Positions 54,101 to 63,839 of a stretch of DNA of 64,000 nt are shown piece after piece (positions within the stretch are counted from its first letter, which is position 1; each line of letters starts with the position of its first letter). A program made the translations under genes and the position numbers. The DNA comes from Polyangia bacterium (lineage in GTDB: Bacteria; Myxococcota_A; Polyangia; Fen-1088), in contig JBBSJE010000003.1 in NCBI GenBank assembly GCA_038257535.1, forward strand, positions 1,436 to 65,435, written 5' to 3'. The notes below the pieces were generated by a model. The model worked only from the letters and a program-made list of their open reading frames with translations, was not told the origin of the DNA and ran no database searches.

Positions 54101-54322
54101 ATGAATGCAGTCAAGATAGTAGCCATTGCACTTATCGTAGGCGGTGCGCTCGCCTTGGCGTATGGAGGGTTCAGTTATACAAAAGATGCCCAGGATGTGA
54201 AACTGGGACCCATCGAGCTGTCCGTCAAAGAAAAGGAAACGGTCAATATCCCTGTATGGGGGGGGCTCGGTGCGGTTTTGCTGGGGTGCGTACTCCTTGT
54301 TACCGGCGGCAAGAAGGACTAA
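54101..54322 (+). CDS. Small two-TM membrane protein (73 aa)
   Basis: ATG 54101 lies inside ORF 53840..54322 and is preceded by a purine-rich aggaaccaaa. The protein is MNAVKIVAIALIVGGALALAYGG...VWGGLGAVLLGCVLLVTGGKKD. The local G+C is low: 49 of 100 nt hand-counted at 54101-54200. Confidence 0.55.
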   Translation: MNAVKIVAIALIVGGALALAYGGFSYTKDAQDVKLGPIELSVKEKETVNIPVWGGLGAVLLGCVLLVTGGKKD

Positions 54323-54390
54323 GTCACAACGCATCTCGGGTCTCGATCCTTGCGGGAATTTGGACACTTCGGCCTAGGCGGGCCGAACGT

Positions 54391-55143
54391 TCACGCCCGC
54401 AGGTCGCCCCAAGTGCCGTCAGCCAAACTGGCTTCGGCCTGGGTGCGTTCGTCGGGCGTGTCCACTTCAAGCCAACCGTGTCCGCTGATGTCGCGGCAAT
54501 GGGGTGGCTGTGTGGTTTTGGCCAAGCGGGCAAGCACGCGCTCGACGTGAATGTCTTGACCGTCCTCTGCGATGGCGGCGTCAACCTCGGCCAAGTAGCG
54601 CGCACGGGCCGATGCGGGCACGTACGTCATTCCCACATAGCCGCAATCAAATGCGGTGAGAGTTTTCGCGATCTCGCGCATGCGACCTTGGTCGTCGCGC
54701 AACACCTTCATATCGTCGGCGCCCAGTGTGCGGTCGGTGTCAATGAAGCCTGTGACATCGGCCGCCGCTGCCGCCACGATGGGCGCGATGGAGGGGCGAT
54801 AGATGTGGTCAACGTTGGCCAACAAAAAGTCGCCTTGCAGGTGCGGGCGCGCCGCTTGGAAAGAAAGGATGTTGCCGCGGCGAAATTCGTGGTTTTGCAA
54901 CAGTTCAATGGGCAAGTTGGCCGCCGAACCTGAAGCCAGTTGCTCCAGGGTTGCCGCCACCTGCTCAAACTCGAAACCGCCCACCACGTAGATGCGGCGC
55001 GGGTTCAGCAAACGCGCAAACGCCAAGCCGTACGCCAACAGCGGTTTGCCCGCCACCGGAATCAGGGCCTTGGGCAGGCTGCGCGTGAGATCTCCCAAGC
55101 GGCTGCCGAGGCCAGCCGCCATCAGAACAACGTCAAGCGACAC
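54391..55143 (-). CDS. Nucleotidyltransferase (NTP_transferase fold; sugar-phosphate or phospho-alcohol cytidylyl/uridylyltransferase)
   Basis: The N-terminal loop VLMAAGLGSRLG.....PKALIPVAGKPLL is present. It is 250 aa long and lies 3 nt after the HAD gene. Confidence 0.75.
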   Translation of the reverse strand: MSLDVVLMAAGLGSRLGDLTRSLPKALIPVAGKPLLAYGLAFARLLNPRRIYVVGGFEFEQVAATLEQLASGSAANLPIELLQNHEFRRGNILSFQAARPHLQGDFLLANVDHIYRPSIAPIVAAAAADVTGFIDTDRTLGADDMKVLRDDQGRMREIAKTLTAFDCGYVGMTYVPASARARYLAEVDAAIAEDGQDIHVERVLARLAKTTQPPHCRDISGHGWLEVDTPDERTQAEASLADGTWGDLRA

Positions 55144-55146
55144 GGC

Positions 55147-55923
55147 TTAAAGGCCCGCAGCGGCGGCCAGCGGCCAGAAGAGTTCGGGAATCTCGCCGAA
55201 GCTCTCAACAACGGGGTGCTTTGGAAATTTCAAGCAAAAGCGCTCGCGTGAGAAGGTGCCGGCCACACCAATGAAGCGCAGGCCCTCGGCGTCGGCGATG
55301 TCGCCGTCGTGCAGAGAATCGCCCACGAACATCAGCTCGTGGCGTGCAACGCCGAAATGCTTCATGGCCAATTCGATGTGCGGGCGCCCCTTGGCAAGTC
55401 CGTTTCCGTAACCTAGGGCCAGCCCAAAAGGAAATGGATTGCGCTCAACGAAAGTGCCAACGTTTTCGATGCCATTGTTTGATGACACCACGATGTGAAC
55501 GCCGCGGCTGTGCAGGTGCTCCAAGGCCAGGCGGGTCTCGTGCGACAAACGGGCGTCGTTGCAACGCGCGGGCTTGGCAGCCTCGAATCGATCGGAGGCG
55601 CCTTGGTTGCGTGGGTCGCCCGGGCAAATGGCGTCAAGCTGGCGGATGAACGGAAGCCCGCACGTGGTCAGGTACATATCCCGGGCCAAGCCTCGGTCCA
55701 TGCCATAAACGCTTTCGAGCACGTCGGTGGCCAGGTCGGCCAAAATGGGCATGGTGTCGATCAAGGTGCCATCCAGGTCACACAACAGCACTTTGGGCAA
55801 ACGCAACCGCGACACCTGGCGCAGAGCCCGCCGGGTCGAATTGATGCTGGGGCTGATTTGTGCCTGAATTTCCATTGGTTCGCCAAACTGAAGCAAAGCG
55901 CGATCCAGATACAAGAATTTCAC
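55147..55923 (-). CDS. HAD-superfamily hydrolase/phosphatase
   Basis: Motif I is LLCDLDGTLIDT, motif II is VVSSN and motif IV is FVGDSLHDGDIA. Confidence 0.75.
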   Translation of the reverse strand: MKFLYLDRALLQFGEPMEIQAQISPSINSTRRALRQVSRLRLPKVLLCDLDGTLIDTMPILADLATDVLESVYGMDRGLARDMYLTTCGLPFIRQLDAICPGDPRNQGASDRFEAAKPARCNDARLSHETRLALEHLHSRGVHIVVSSNNGIENVGTFVERNPFPFGLALGYGNGLAKGRPHIELAMKHFGVARHELMFVGDSLHDGDIADAEGLRFIGVAGTFSRERFCLKFPKHPVVESFGEIPELFWPLAAAAGL

Positions 55924-56035
55924 CTAAGTGTCTAGAAAGTCACACATTTCACGCTTCTGTAACGCAATGCTCACGTGTTGGGTGTCAGATTTTCACCAGC
56001 TAAAGTGTGCGAAACCGAACGCCGATTCCTGACGC

Positions 56036-56362
56036 ATGAACGATTCGGTAAAGGAACAGGCGAAGGCGAAGCTGAGCGCGCTTATCAACCAAGTGCTGCA
56101 AGACGGGGTCATCGACGACGAAGAACGCCTCGCGCTGCAGGCGTTTTTCCGCGACGCCTTGCTGGGCGTGTCCGACGTGAAGGAGGTTTACCTCAGCTGC
56201 GTGGGGGCGTTGCAAACCGAGGTTCTGGCGGATGGGGTGGTCACCCAGGAAGAAGTTGAGCGCTGCAAACTTGTGGTGGATCAGTTAAAGATCCCGCTGC
56301 GGATGTTGCCGCCGGAAATGGTTGAGATTGTGGCGGGGCGCCGCCCCAGCACAGGCTTTTAG
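56036..56362 (+). CDS. Hypothetical small protein (TerB-like DGxIDxxE repeats)
   Basis: 108 aa with two similar helical units, QDGVIDDEERLALQAFF and ADGVVTQEEVERCKLVV. Confidence 0.45.
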   Translation: MNDSVKEQAKAKLSALINQVLQDGVIDDEERLALQAFFRDALLGVSDVKEVYLSCVGALQTEVLADGVVTQEEVERCKLVVDQLKIPLRMLPPEMVEIVAGRRPSTGF

Positions 56363-56448
56363 CGTTAAAACGCCGTCTTAAGTGGCAGACCAACCCGGTT
56401 GCCGCAGGGCCCAAGCGCATTTCGCTGCGTTTGAGGAACTCTGCTACG

Positions 56449-58953
56449 ATGCCGCGGTTGTCTAACTCAACTTCTGTGGATCACATTTCCCCCCGCGCGA
56501 GACGCTACGCTGCGTTGGTGGATCGTCATCCGGTCGCCATTTTGGCGATAGGGGCGCTGCTGCTTCTAATTGGGGCTTGGCTGACATCGCGGCTTGAGCT
56601 GAAAACCGCATTTCACGAGCTTTTGCCCAGCAAAGACCCCGGGGTGGTTTCGCTGTTGCGTACGCAGGAACGCATCGGCGACATGAGCCTGTTGGCGGTG
56701 GGAATTAGATCTCCCGACAAAGCGGCCAACTTACGGTTTGCCGAAGAGCTGACCAACCAGTTGCGCAAACTGCCCGCCGGCATCTCGGAATTGGCCGCGT
56801 ACAACGTGCTCGATCTCAAAAGCTTCTTCGAGCGCAATCAGTGGCTTTACCTATCCGTTGACGATCTTGAGCAGATTCGCGATCGGCTGCGCGGCGAAAT
56901 CACCAAGCGGAAAAATCCGCTGATGATCGATCTGGGCAGCGACGAGGATGACGAAGCCGACGAAAAGGCCTTGAACGACCGCATTGAGAATCGCCGCTCT
57001 TCGTTGTCGAAGAAGTTTCCTGATGGCTACTTTATGAGCGCCGATGGGAAGTATGTGTGGGTGGTGGCGCTGCCCCCAGGGGGCATGTTCGTCGAGCGCG
57101 CAGGCGAGGCCTTGCTGGCCCAGGCGCAGCAAATCATAGGGCGTATGAATCCGCGCAGCTTTCATCCCCAGATGACGGTGGAGCCCGGTGGTCCGATTAT
57201 CACCGCCATCGCCAGCCGCAAGGCGGTTGAACGCGACATTGTCTGGGTGACGGTGACGTGCCTCATCATCGTTGGTTTCTCGATCGGGTTTTACTTCCGT
57301 CGCGTGCGGGCTGTGCCTCTGATCGGCATTCCCGCAGCGGTGGGCACGGCACTGGCGTTTGGTGTGGCCGAACTTTCGTTTGGCTACTTGAATGCGTCCA
57401 CAGCGTTTTTGGGGTCGATCATTTTGGGCAACGGAATCAACTACGGCATCGTGTTGTTGGCTCGTTACCAAGAAGACCGCGCACGTGGCTTGGCGTATCT
57501 GGACGCTTTGGCCAGCAGCATATCGGGCGTGTTGAACGGCACGCTCACCGCGGCGATGTGCGCCTCAGCGGCCTACTTGAGCCTAATGCTCACTAGTTTT
57601 CGAGGATTTTCCCAGTTTGGCGTGATGGGCGGGGTGGGGGTGCTGTTTTGTTGGGTGGCCAATTTCACTTTGTTGCCGGCCATGCTGGTGTTGTTAGATC
57701 GTCGCGGCGGCGCGGTAAAAACGGCCAGCGCCCCCTGGTCGATGAAACCCGTGGGGCTGTTGTTGCAGAAGCATGCCTTGCCACTGGTTGTGTTTTCGCT
57801 GGTGTTAACGGGGCTCTCCGCCTGGGGGGCCACGCATTTCCTTGATGCGCCGTTTGAGTACAATTTCCGCAAGCTCGCCGCGAATTTGGATCAAAGTCAG
57901 GACCAAAAGCAGTTTTCCCAAAGCCTTGACGATCTGTTTGGCCGCTGGCCGCAACCCACCATTGTTGTGGCCGATGACGTGGGCGAAGTGGAAGCCATTC
58001 GCCAGGCATTGCGGCGGCAAGATGAGATGGTCACGCCAGAGCGCAAGGTGGTGGGCCAGATCGTCACGATCTATGACATGCTGCCGGGGCCTCCTGAGGT
58101 TCAAGAGGAAAAGCTGGAGCTGATCGCCCACATTCGGAAGCTGGCCAACGATCCGGCCTTGGAGGTCATGACGGAGGAAGAGCGCAAAAAGCTCTCGGAC
58201 GTGAATCCCCCGGATGATCTAAAGGTGTTGTCGCCCCAAGATCTGCCGCCTTTGGCGCGGCGGCCGTTCAGCGAAGTGGATGGCAGCGTGGGGCGCGTGG
58301 TGCTGTTTTACCCTGTGGAAAGGGGGTATTCGGTTTGGAACGGCAACGACCTGCTCGAAATGGCCAGGGTGTCACAGCGATTGGTGCTTCACCCCGACAA
58401 GGCGGATTCCAAGACCATTGAAACGGCTGGTCATGCCGTCGTGTTTGGCGCGATGATTCGCTCGATCATCAAGGATGGTCCTTTGGCCACAGCGGTGTCG
58501 TTGCTGGCCGTCGTGATGCTTGTGTTTCTAATCATGCGACCGGCGTGGGCGGCGATGGCGTCGGTGGCGTCTTTGCTGCTGGGCGTGCTGTGGATGTTGG
58601 GCGCGGCGGGGGCGGGCGGGGTGGCCATCACCTTCTTGAATTTCATCGCATTGCCCATCACGTTTGGCATTGGCGCCGAATACGCCCTGAACGTTATGGC
58701 GCGCTATCGACAAGACAAGGATGTGGTGGCCGCGGTGATCTCCACGGGAGGGGCCGTCACCTTGTGCTCATGGACAACGATCGTTGGCTATGGTTCGCTT
58801 CTGGCTGCGCGCAATTCGGCGTTGCGCGGATTTGGTCTGATGGCAATCTTGGGCGAGGTGGCGTGTTTGCTGGCCGCGATTTTGGCATTGCCCGCGATCC
58901 TGCTCATGCTGAGACGGCGGCGCGAAAACAAGCTGAATCAGGCGTCGGTTTAA
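56449..58953 (+). CDS. MMPL/RND-superfamily transporter (HpnN-like, two 6-TM bundles with large periplasmic loops)
   Basis: ORF from TTG 56431; the first ATG is at 56449. The protein is ~835 aa with a 1+5 and 1+5 TM arrangement and sterol-sensing-like segments (GSIILGNGINYGIVLLARY; LPITFGIGAEYALNVMARY). Confidence 0.8.
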   Translation: MPRLSNSTSVDHISPRARRYAALVDRHPVAILAIGALLLLIGAWLTSRLELKTAFHELLPSKDPGVVSLLRTQERIGDMSLLAVGIRSPDKAANLRFAEELTNQLRKLPAGISELAAYNVLDLKSFFERNQWLYLSVDDLEQIRDRLRGEITKRKNPLMIDLGSDEDDEADEKALNDRIENRRSSLSKKFPDGYFMSADGKYVWVVALPPGGMFVERAGEALLAQAQQIIGRMNPRSFHPQMTVEPGGPIITAIASRKAVERDIVWVTVTCLIIVGFSIGFYFRRVRAVPLIGIPAAVGTALAFGVAELSFGYLNASTAFLGSIILGNGINYGIVLLARYQEDRARGLAYLDALASSISGVLNGTLTAAMCASAAYLSLMLTSFRGFSQFGVMGGVGVLFCWVANFTLLPAMLVLLDRRGGAVKTASAPWSMKPVGLLLQKHALPLVVFSLVLTGLSAWGATHFLDAPFEYNFRKLAANLDQSQDQKQFSQSLDDLFGRWPQPTIVVADDVGEVEAIRQALRRQDEMVTPERKVVGQIVTIYDMLPGPPEVQEEKLELIAHIRKLANDPALEVMTEEERKKLSDVNPPDDLKVLSPQDLPPLARRPFSEVDGSVGRVVLFYPVERGYSVWNGNDLLEMARVSQRLVLHPDKADSKTIETAGHAVVFGAMIRSIIKDGPLATAVSLLAVVMLVFLIMRPAWAAMASVASLLLGVLWMLGAAGAGGVAITFLNFIALPITFGIGAEYALNVMARYRQDKDVVAAVISTGGAVTLCSWTTIVGYGSLLAARNSALRGFGLMAILGEVACLLAAILALPAILLMLRRRRENKLNQASV

Positions 58954-58972
58954 CGCCTGCCGCGTCGACTGG

Positions 58973-59923
58973 CTAGGGCGCCGCGTGCAGGTCTAGATCG
59001 CCCACAATGGCCCGCAGCGAACCTCGGTGCTGCACCAAGAGCTCTTTGGCGCGGACAGCGTTGACGTGCGCGTGGTGCATCACCAAAGCAACCTTCGCGC
59101 GCCCGCCGGCCTTTTTGATCAAAGCCAGCGCGGCCTCGTCGTCCAAACCTGTGAGCCTCTGAACAATGCGGGTGGCGCGGGCCCACAGTTTGGCGTTGGT
59201 GGGGCGCACGTCGACCATAAGGCCTCCGTATGTCTTTCCCAGCATCACGAACGCCGTTGTTGAAAGCGCGTTCAGGGTCATCTTGGTGGCCGTGCCCGCC
59301 TTTAGGCGCGTGGAGCCGGAGATCACTTCAGGGCCTGTGGCCAGTTCAATCACCACATCAGCAATGGGGGATCCATCGTCGTAGGTGACGCTGCGACCGC
59401 AGGTGATGAAAATGGTGGCGGCTTTGCGGCTGTGCGCGTACTCCAGCGCGGCTCTGACAAACGGCGTGACGCCGGACGCGGCGATGCAACACACAACATC
59501 TTTGGGTCCTACAGCAATCCGGCGCATGCGTTGTTCGGCTTCGCGCGTGTCGTCTTCGGCGCCTTCCACCGATTTCACCAGCGCGCGGCTACCGCCGGCC
59601 ACGATCGCTTCCACCAGCGAGGGCGGGATTCCAAACGTGGGCACACATTCGGCGGCGTCCAAATTGCCCAAACGCCCTGACGTGCCGGCGCCCACATAAA
59701 CCATGCGGCCGCCCTTGACCAAGGTGTTGGCGATGAGCTGCGCTCCCGCGGCGATGGTTTCTGCCCGGGCGCGAACGGCTTTGACCGCATTGGCCTCTTC
59801 ATCAAGCATCAGCTTGACGACGTCCTGCGGGGCCATCGTGTCCAGAAACTCTGAACGCGGGTTGTCGGCCTCGGTGGGCAGGGCCGCGTAGTCGGGCAAC
59901 GGGTTTTTGCGGCCGCGGGGCAT
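58973..59923 (-). CDS. murQ: N-acetylmuramic acid 6-phosphate etherase
   Basis: ORF 58973..59965 trimmed to ATG 59923. It has a SIS domain (GGRMVYVGAGTSGRLG, DAAECVPTFG) and the C-terminal GSTRLKAGTATKM. Confidence 0.88.
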   Translation of the reverse strand: MPRGRKNPLPDYAALPTEADNPRSEFLDTMAPQDVVKLMLDEEANAVKAVRARAETIAAGAQLIANTLVKGGRMVYVGAGTSGRLGNLDAAECVPTFGIPPSLVEAIVAGGSRALVKSVEGAEDDTREAEQRMRRIAVGPKDVVCCIAASGVTPFVRAALEYAHSRKAATIFITCGRSVTYDDGSPIADVVIELATGPEVISGSTRLKAGTATKMTLNALSTTAFVMLGKTYGGLMVDVRPTNAKLWARATRIVQRLTGLDDEAALALIKKAGGRAKVALVMHHAHVNAVRAKELLVQHRGSLRAIVGDLDLHAAP

Positions 59924-59989
59924 GGTGCCGCTCCTTTGTACCTCAGGTTTAGGGCCCGGGTTCAAATTCTGCCGCGTGGGGCGGCGGTT

Positions 59990-60796
59990 TTAACGCAGCC
60001 CCAAAACGTCGCGCATGTCGTAGATCGCAGGTTTTCGCCCGGCCGCCCACACGGCGGCGCGCACGGCACCACCGGCGAAAGCGTCGCGCGAGGAAGCCCG
60101 ATGGGTGATTTCAATGCGCTCGTTGGCGCCAAAGAAAAACACCGTGTGATCGCCCACCACGTCGCCCCCGCGAAGGGTTTGTATGCCAATTTCGCCCGCA
60201 GGGCGCGGGCCTACGTCGCCGTGGCGGCTGTAACAGGCCACTTGCGCAAGCGGCACGTTGCGGCCTTCGGCGGCGGCTTCCGCCAACCGCAAGGCTGTGC
60301 CCGAGGGCGCGTCGCGCTTGAGCTTGTGATGCGCTTCCACAATGTCGATGTCGTAGCCAGGCCCCAGCGCGCGGGCGGCGTCCGTTACCAGTTTCAGCAG
60401 CACATTCACGCCCACCGACATGTTGGGCGCCAGCACAATGGCCGTGCGGGCGGCGTGTTCGGCCACCTGCGCTTTTTGTTCATCAGACAGGCCCGTGGTG
60501 CCAATCACCAGCGCGGCTTGCGCGGCCGCGGCGGCTTGCGCGTGGCCCGCGGCGGCGGCGGGCTGCGTGAAATCGATCCACGCGTCGGCCACACCCGCGG
60601 CTGGCAGGCCGGTGCAAAGCTGCACACCTAGATCGGCCACACCTGCCAATGCGCCCGCGTCTTTGCCCAACTCGGGCGATCCGTCGCGTTCAATGGCGGC
60701 GGTTAAACGCGCGTCGGGCGATTGGCTGATGAGGCGAATGATGGCGCGGCCCATGCGGCCCGAAGCGCCCAAAACGGCAATACGTGTGGTCATCAC
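59990..60796 (-). CDS. dapB: 4-hydroxy-tetrahydrodipicolinate reductase
   Basis: IAVLGASGRMGR and EAHHKLKRDAPSGTA, with the typical length. It has an ATGA overlap with dapA. Confidence 0.92.
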   Translation of the reverse strand: MMTTRIAVLGASGRMGRAIIRLISQSPDARLTAAIERDGSPELGKDAGALAGVADLGVQLCTGLPAAGVADAWIDFTQPAAAAGHAQAAAAAQAALVIGTTGLSDEQKAQVAEHAARTAIVLAPNMSVGVNVLLKLVTDAARALGPGYDIDIVEAHHKLKRDAPSGTALRLAEAAAEGRNVPLAQVACYSRHGDVGPRPAGEIGIQTLRGGDVVGDHTVFFFGANERIEITHRASSRDAFAGGAVRAAVWAAGRKPAIYDMRDVLGLR

Positions 60797-61665
60797 ACCA
60801 ACCCTAAGTCAGCCAGCGTGTGCTTCAGCTTGTCGCGGTGCTTTTGCGACAGCGGATAAAGCGGTGGCCGAATCTCTTCGCTGATCACACCCATCATCGC
60901 CAAAGCGGCTTTGACCGGAATGGGGTTTGATTCCACGAACAAACCCTGCGAAATCGCGAACAGCTTGTAGTGCAGCTCGCGGGCGGTGTCCCACTGGCCC
61001 GCGGCGGCGGCATCCCACATGGCCGACATTTGCCGGGGCGCCACGTTTGACACCACAGAGATGCAGCCTTTGGCGCCCAACGCGTAGAGCGCGAACGAAG
61101 TGGCGTCGTCGCCGGAAAGCACAGCCAAGCGATCACCGATGCGTGCAATGATCTCGGCCGCCCGGGTGGCTGAAGCCGTTGCTTCTTTCACAGCCACCAC
61201 TTGCTTCACCGCGCACAGGCGTTCGATGGTTTCCGGCAGCATGTCGCAGGCTGTGCGGCCGGGAACGTTGTAAAGCACGGTGGGCAAAGGCACCGCTTCA
61301 ATGATGGCCTTGAAGTGATTGTAAAGGCCGTCTTGCGTGGGCTTGTTGTAGTAGGGCGTGACCTGCAGCATGCCGTCAACGCCGGCGCCTTTGGCGGCCT
61401 TGGACAGCTCGATGGCTTCACGGGTGGAATTGCCGCCCGTACCGGCAATGACCGGCACCCGCTTGTTGGTTTCCTCCACCACGATTTTTATGACGCGCAG
61501 GTGCTCGTCCACGTCAAGCGTGGCCGACTCGCCCGTGGTGCCACAGGGAACAAGGCCGTCGATGCCGTTGGCGATTTGATCGTTGACGAGGCGGCGCAGT
61601 GCCTCTTCGTCCACGCGATCATTGCGAAACGGCGTAACCAGTGCGGTGATAACTCCAGAAAACAT
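60793..61665 (-). CDS. dapA: 4-hydroxy-tetrahydrodipicolinate synthase
   Basis: ORF trimmed to ATG 61665 (MFSGVITALVTPF). It has CGTTGES, YYNKP and VAVKEA (Schiff-base Lys). Confidence 0.92.
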   Translation of the reverse strand: MFSGVITALVTPFRNDRVDEEALRRLVNDQIANGIDGLVPCGTTGESATLDVDEHLRVIKIVVEETNKRVPVIAGTGGNSTREAIELSKAAKGAGVDGMLQVTPYYNKPTQDGLYNHFKAIIEAVPLPTVLYNVPGRTACDMLPETIERLCAVKQVVAVKEATASATRAAEIIARIGDRLAVLSGDDATSFALYALGAKGCISVVSNVAPRQMSAMWDAAAAGQWDTARELHYKLFAISQGLFVESNPIPVKAALAMMGVISEEIRPPLYPLSQKHRDKLKHTLADLGLV

Positions 61666-61836
61666 GAGGGCGAGGACAGTACCATTGTTTGCAAACGCCC
61701 GCAGCGGATCGTGAAGGCGGAGGCAACGGTTTGGTGAAATCTCTTTAGAATCTCTTGGGGTCAAAGCGGCGGTTGACGAATTGCGTAGCGAGTTCGCCGT
61801 GTTTTTCCATGGGCTAGGGAGCCCGCAGCCTCAACT

Positions 61837-62340
61837 TCAGCCCTGAGGCAACGCGGACCGCGCCCAAGGCACAAACCGGCCGTTTTGCACCACGCCTGCG
61901 GCGGCCAAAACCGAATGCAGGCCGGGGGCGGTGATGGCCACGCGGCCCGATGAGGACGACACCGCGACTTGGCGCTTTTCGGTTTCGATGCCTTCGGGGC
62001 CTCGCACCACCAGCATCACTTCCAAAACGGGCGGACCTGGGGTGGGTGGCAGGGCCCACGCCACGATGGCGGCGCTTTCGCCTTGGTCATCTTGACCAGC
62101 CACAGCCACCACGCCGGGCGCGCCGGGCAGCGGCACTTCATGCGGCAAAGTGGGCCCGCCGCCGTCTTCTTGCCAGGCGGCTTCCAGCTCACGCAGCTTG
62201 CTTTGCCATTGCCCAGTCAAGTTGTGGCCGGGATGCGCCCGCAGCAAGTTGCGGTAGATGGCGATGGCGGCGCCAAAGCGGCCCTGGCGCGCACACAGCT
62301 CGGCCATGGTTTCTGTCTCGAAAGGTGTGGTGGCGTTCAT
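61837..62340 (-). CDS. Hypothetical protein (N-terminal TPR-like helix pair)
   Basis: 167-aa ORF in the same orientation as ribF and 4 nt downstream of it. AELCARQGRFGAAIAIYRNLLRAHP is TPR-like. Nothing else is recognisable. Confidence 0.45.
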   Translation of the reverse strand: MNATTPFETETMAELCARQGRFGAAIAIYRNLLRAHPGHNLTGQWQSKLRELEAAWQEDGGGPTLPHEVPLPGAPGVVAVAGQDDQGESAAIVAWALPPTPGPPVLEVMLVVRGPEGIETEKRQVAVSSSSGRVAITAPGLHSVLAAAGVVQNGRFVPWARSALPQG

Positions 62341-62344
62341 GGCA

Positions 62345-63310
62345 TTACCTTTTTAGGTCGCCGGGGTCGGTGGTGGCAAGCACCTTGCGCGTGCGATCCA
62401 CATCAAGCCCGATCTGGGCCACCAGGGCGTCAACACTTTGGAACCGCTGCTCGTCGCGCAGGCGCGCCACGAAGTCCACGCGCACGTGTTGGCCGTATAG
62501 ATCGGCATCAAAGTCCAGCAGATGAGCTTCCACCGAGACGCCCGCGTTGGGGGTGAACGTGGGATTGGTGCCGACGCTGACGGCCGCCGGGTTGTTTCGA
62601 GGGCCGGCGTCCGCATCCGACGATACGCGAGCAGCGTAGATTCCGGGCTTTGGCAGCAGTTCGGTTTCCACAGCCAGGTTGGCGGTGGGGTATCCCAGCC
62701 CGCGCCCGCGCTGAGCCCCTGGAATCACGAGGCCTTCAAGCGCAAACGGACGCCCCAGCAGCAACTGGGCCCCTTCGATCCGGCCTTCCAAAACAAACTC
62801 ACGCACCTTGGTAGAAGAACACACCAGGCCATTGACAGTGACGGGCTCAAGCACATCAACGCCCATCGACACGGATTGCGCCAGCTGGATCAGCTGCTGC
62901 GTGTTGCCCTTGCGCCCTTTGCCAAAAGCAAAATCGTAACCCACCACCACGTGCGCCACGCCCAGGTCGCGGTGAAGATACTCAAGCACAAACGCCTCGG
63001 GCGACATCGCGGCCAAGTTGGCATCGAAGGTTTCCACGAGCGCGAACTGCGCTCCACAAACTTCCAACGTGGCCAACCGGGTGGCCAGCGACATGATCAT
63101 GGGGGGCGCCAGGTGCGGGGCAAAGAAGCGCGCGGGATGGGGATCGAAGGTCAGCACACCCGCTGCGCTGTGCAAAGCGTGTTTGCGGGCGCATGCCAAA
63201 AGCGCTTGGTGGCCCAGGTGAACGCCGTCAAAGTTGCCAATGGCCACCACGGGGCCGGCGGGGCGCGCTGGGTTGGCCGCCCAGGCTGCATGTCCCCGGA
63301 AGATCTGCAT
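62345..63310 (-). CDS. ribF: Bifunctional riboflavin kinase / FMN adenylyltransferase
   Basis: ORF trimmed to ATG 63310 (MQIFRGH). It has IGNFDGVHLGHQ, GYPTANL and the C-terminal riboflavin-kinase barrel (YGQHVRVDFVARLRDEQRF). Confidence 0.9.
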   Translation of the reverse strand: MQIFRGHAAWAANPARPAGPVVAIGNFDGVHLGHQALLACARKHALHSAAGVLTFDPHPARFFAPHLAPPMIMSLATRLATLEVCGAQFALVETFDANLAAMSPEAFVLEYLHRDLGVAHVVVGYDFAFGKGRKGNTQQLIQLAQSVSMGVDVLEPVTVNGLVCSSTKVREFVLEGRIEGAQLLLGRPFALEGLVIPGAQRGRGLGYPTANLAVETELLPKPGIYAARVSSDADAGPRNNPAAVSVGTNPTFTPNAGVSVEAHLLDFDADLYGQHVRVDFVARLRDEQRFQSVDALVAQIGLDVDRTRKVLATTDPGDLKR

Positions 63311-63371
63311 GTTCAGGGAATAACGGGTGGGGCCTGGGGCGTCAAGGCGGAGGAGGTCCTGGGGTAAGCAA

Positions 63372-63839
63372 TTACTTGGCGAAGAATAGGCTGCGCAGCC
63401 TGTCGGCAATGCCCGCGTTGTCCACTTCAGGGTTCAAGAAGCGGCAGGCCACCTCGATGCCTTCGGGGTCTGTGTCGGCAACCCGCACCAGCGTCACGGG
63501 AAGCTCATGAACCGCGTGCTCCAGTTTTAGCGACAAGGTCATGAAGGCGGCATGGGCAACATCAAAGGGCTGCTGCTTGGGAACCCGAACGCGCACGCCG
63601 CTGGCAGAGATGTCGCGAATCAAAACAACCTCATCGTAGCCTTCGTGGCTTAGCCGCCCGGTGCGCTTCACGCTTCGACGTTCGGCGCGGGGACGAAATC
63701 TGGATTGCAAAAGCCGGAGCAGCTCCACCTGCAGCCGCTCGTCGGCTTGTCCACTGAGGACCTCAACCAAACGCGGGTACCGCTCGGGGCTGACAATCGC
63801 CCTGAGGTGCTCCCATGCTGCGGCGGATGATCCGTTCAT
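63372..63839 (-). CDS. PilZ-domain (c-di-GMP-binding type) protein
   Basis: 155 aa with RAERR...(20 aa)...RDISASGVRV, the RxxxR / D.SxxG PilZ signature. Confidence 0.7.
   Translation of the reverse strand: MNGSSAAAWEHLRAIVSPERYPRLVEVLSGQADERLQVELLRLLQSRFRPRAERRSVKRTGRLSHEGYDEVVLIRDISASGVRVRVPKQQPFDVAHAAFMTLSLKLEHAVHELPVTLVRVADTDPEGIEVACRFLNPEVDNAGIADRLRSLFFAK

Noticed and set aside
61666-61836. Checked the dapA leader for a lysine riboswitch, and the 5382-5640, 29937-30104 and 32187-32405 gaps for known RNA elements
   Set aside because: I recognised no conserved riboswitch core sequences or convincing multi-stem structures by eye. A covariance-model scan (Rfam/Infernal) would be needed to exclude them.
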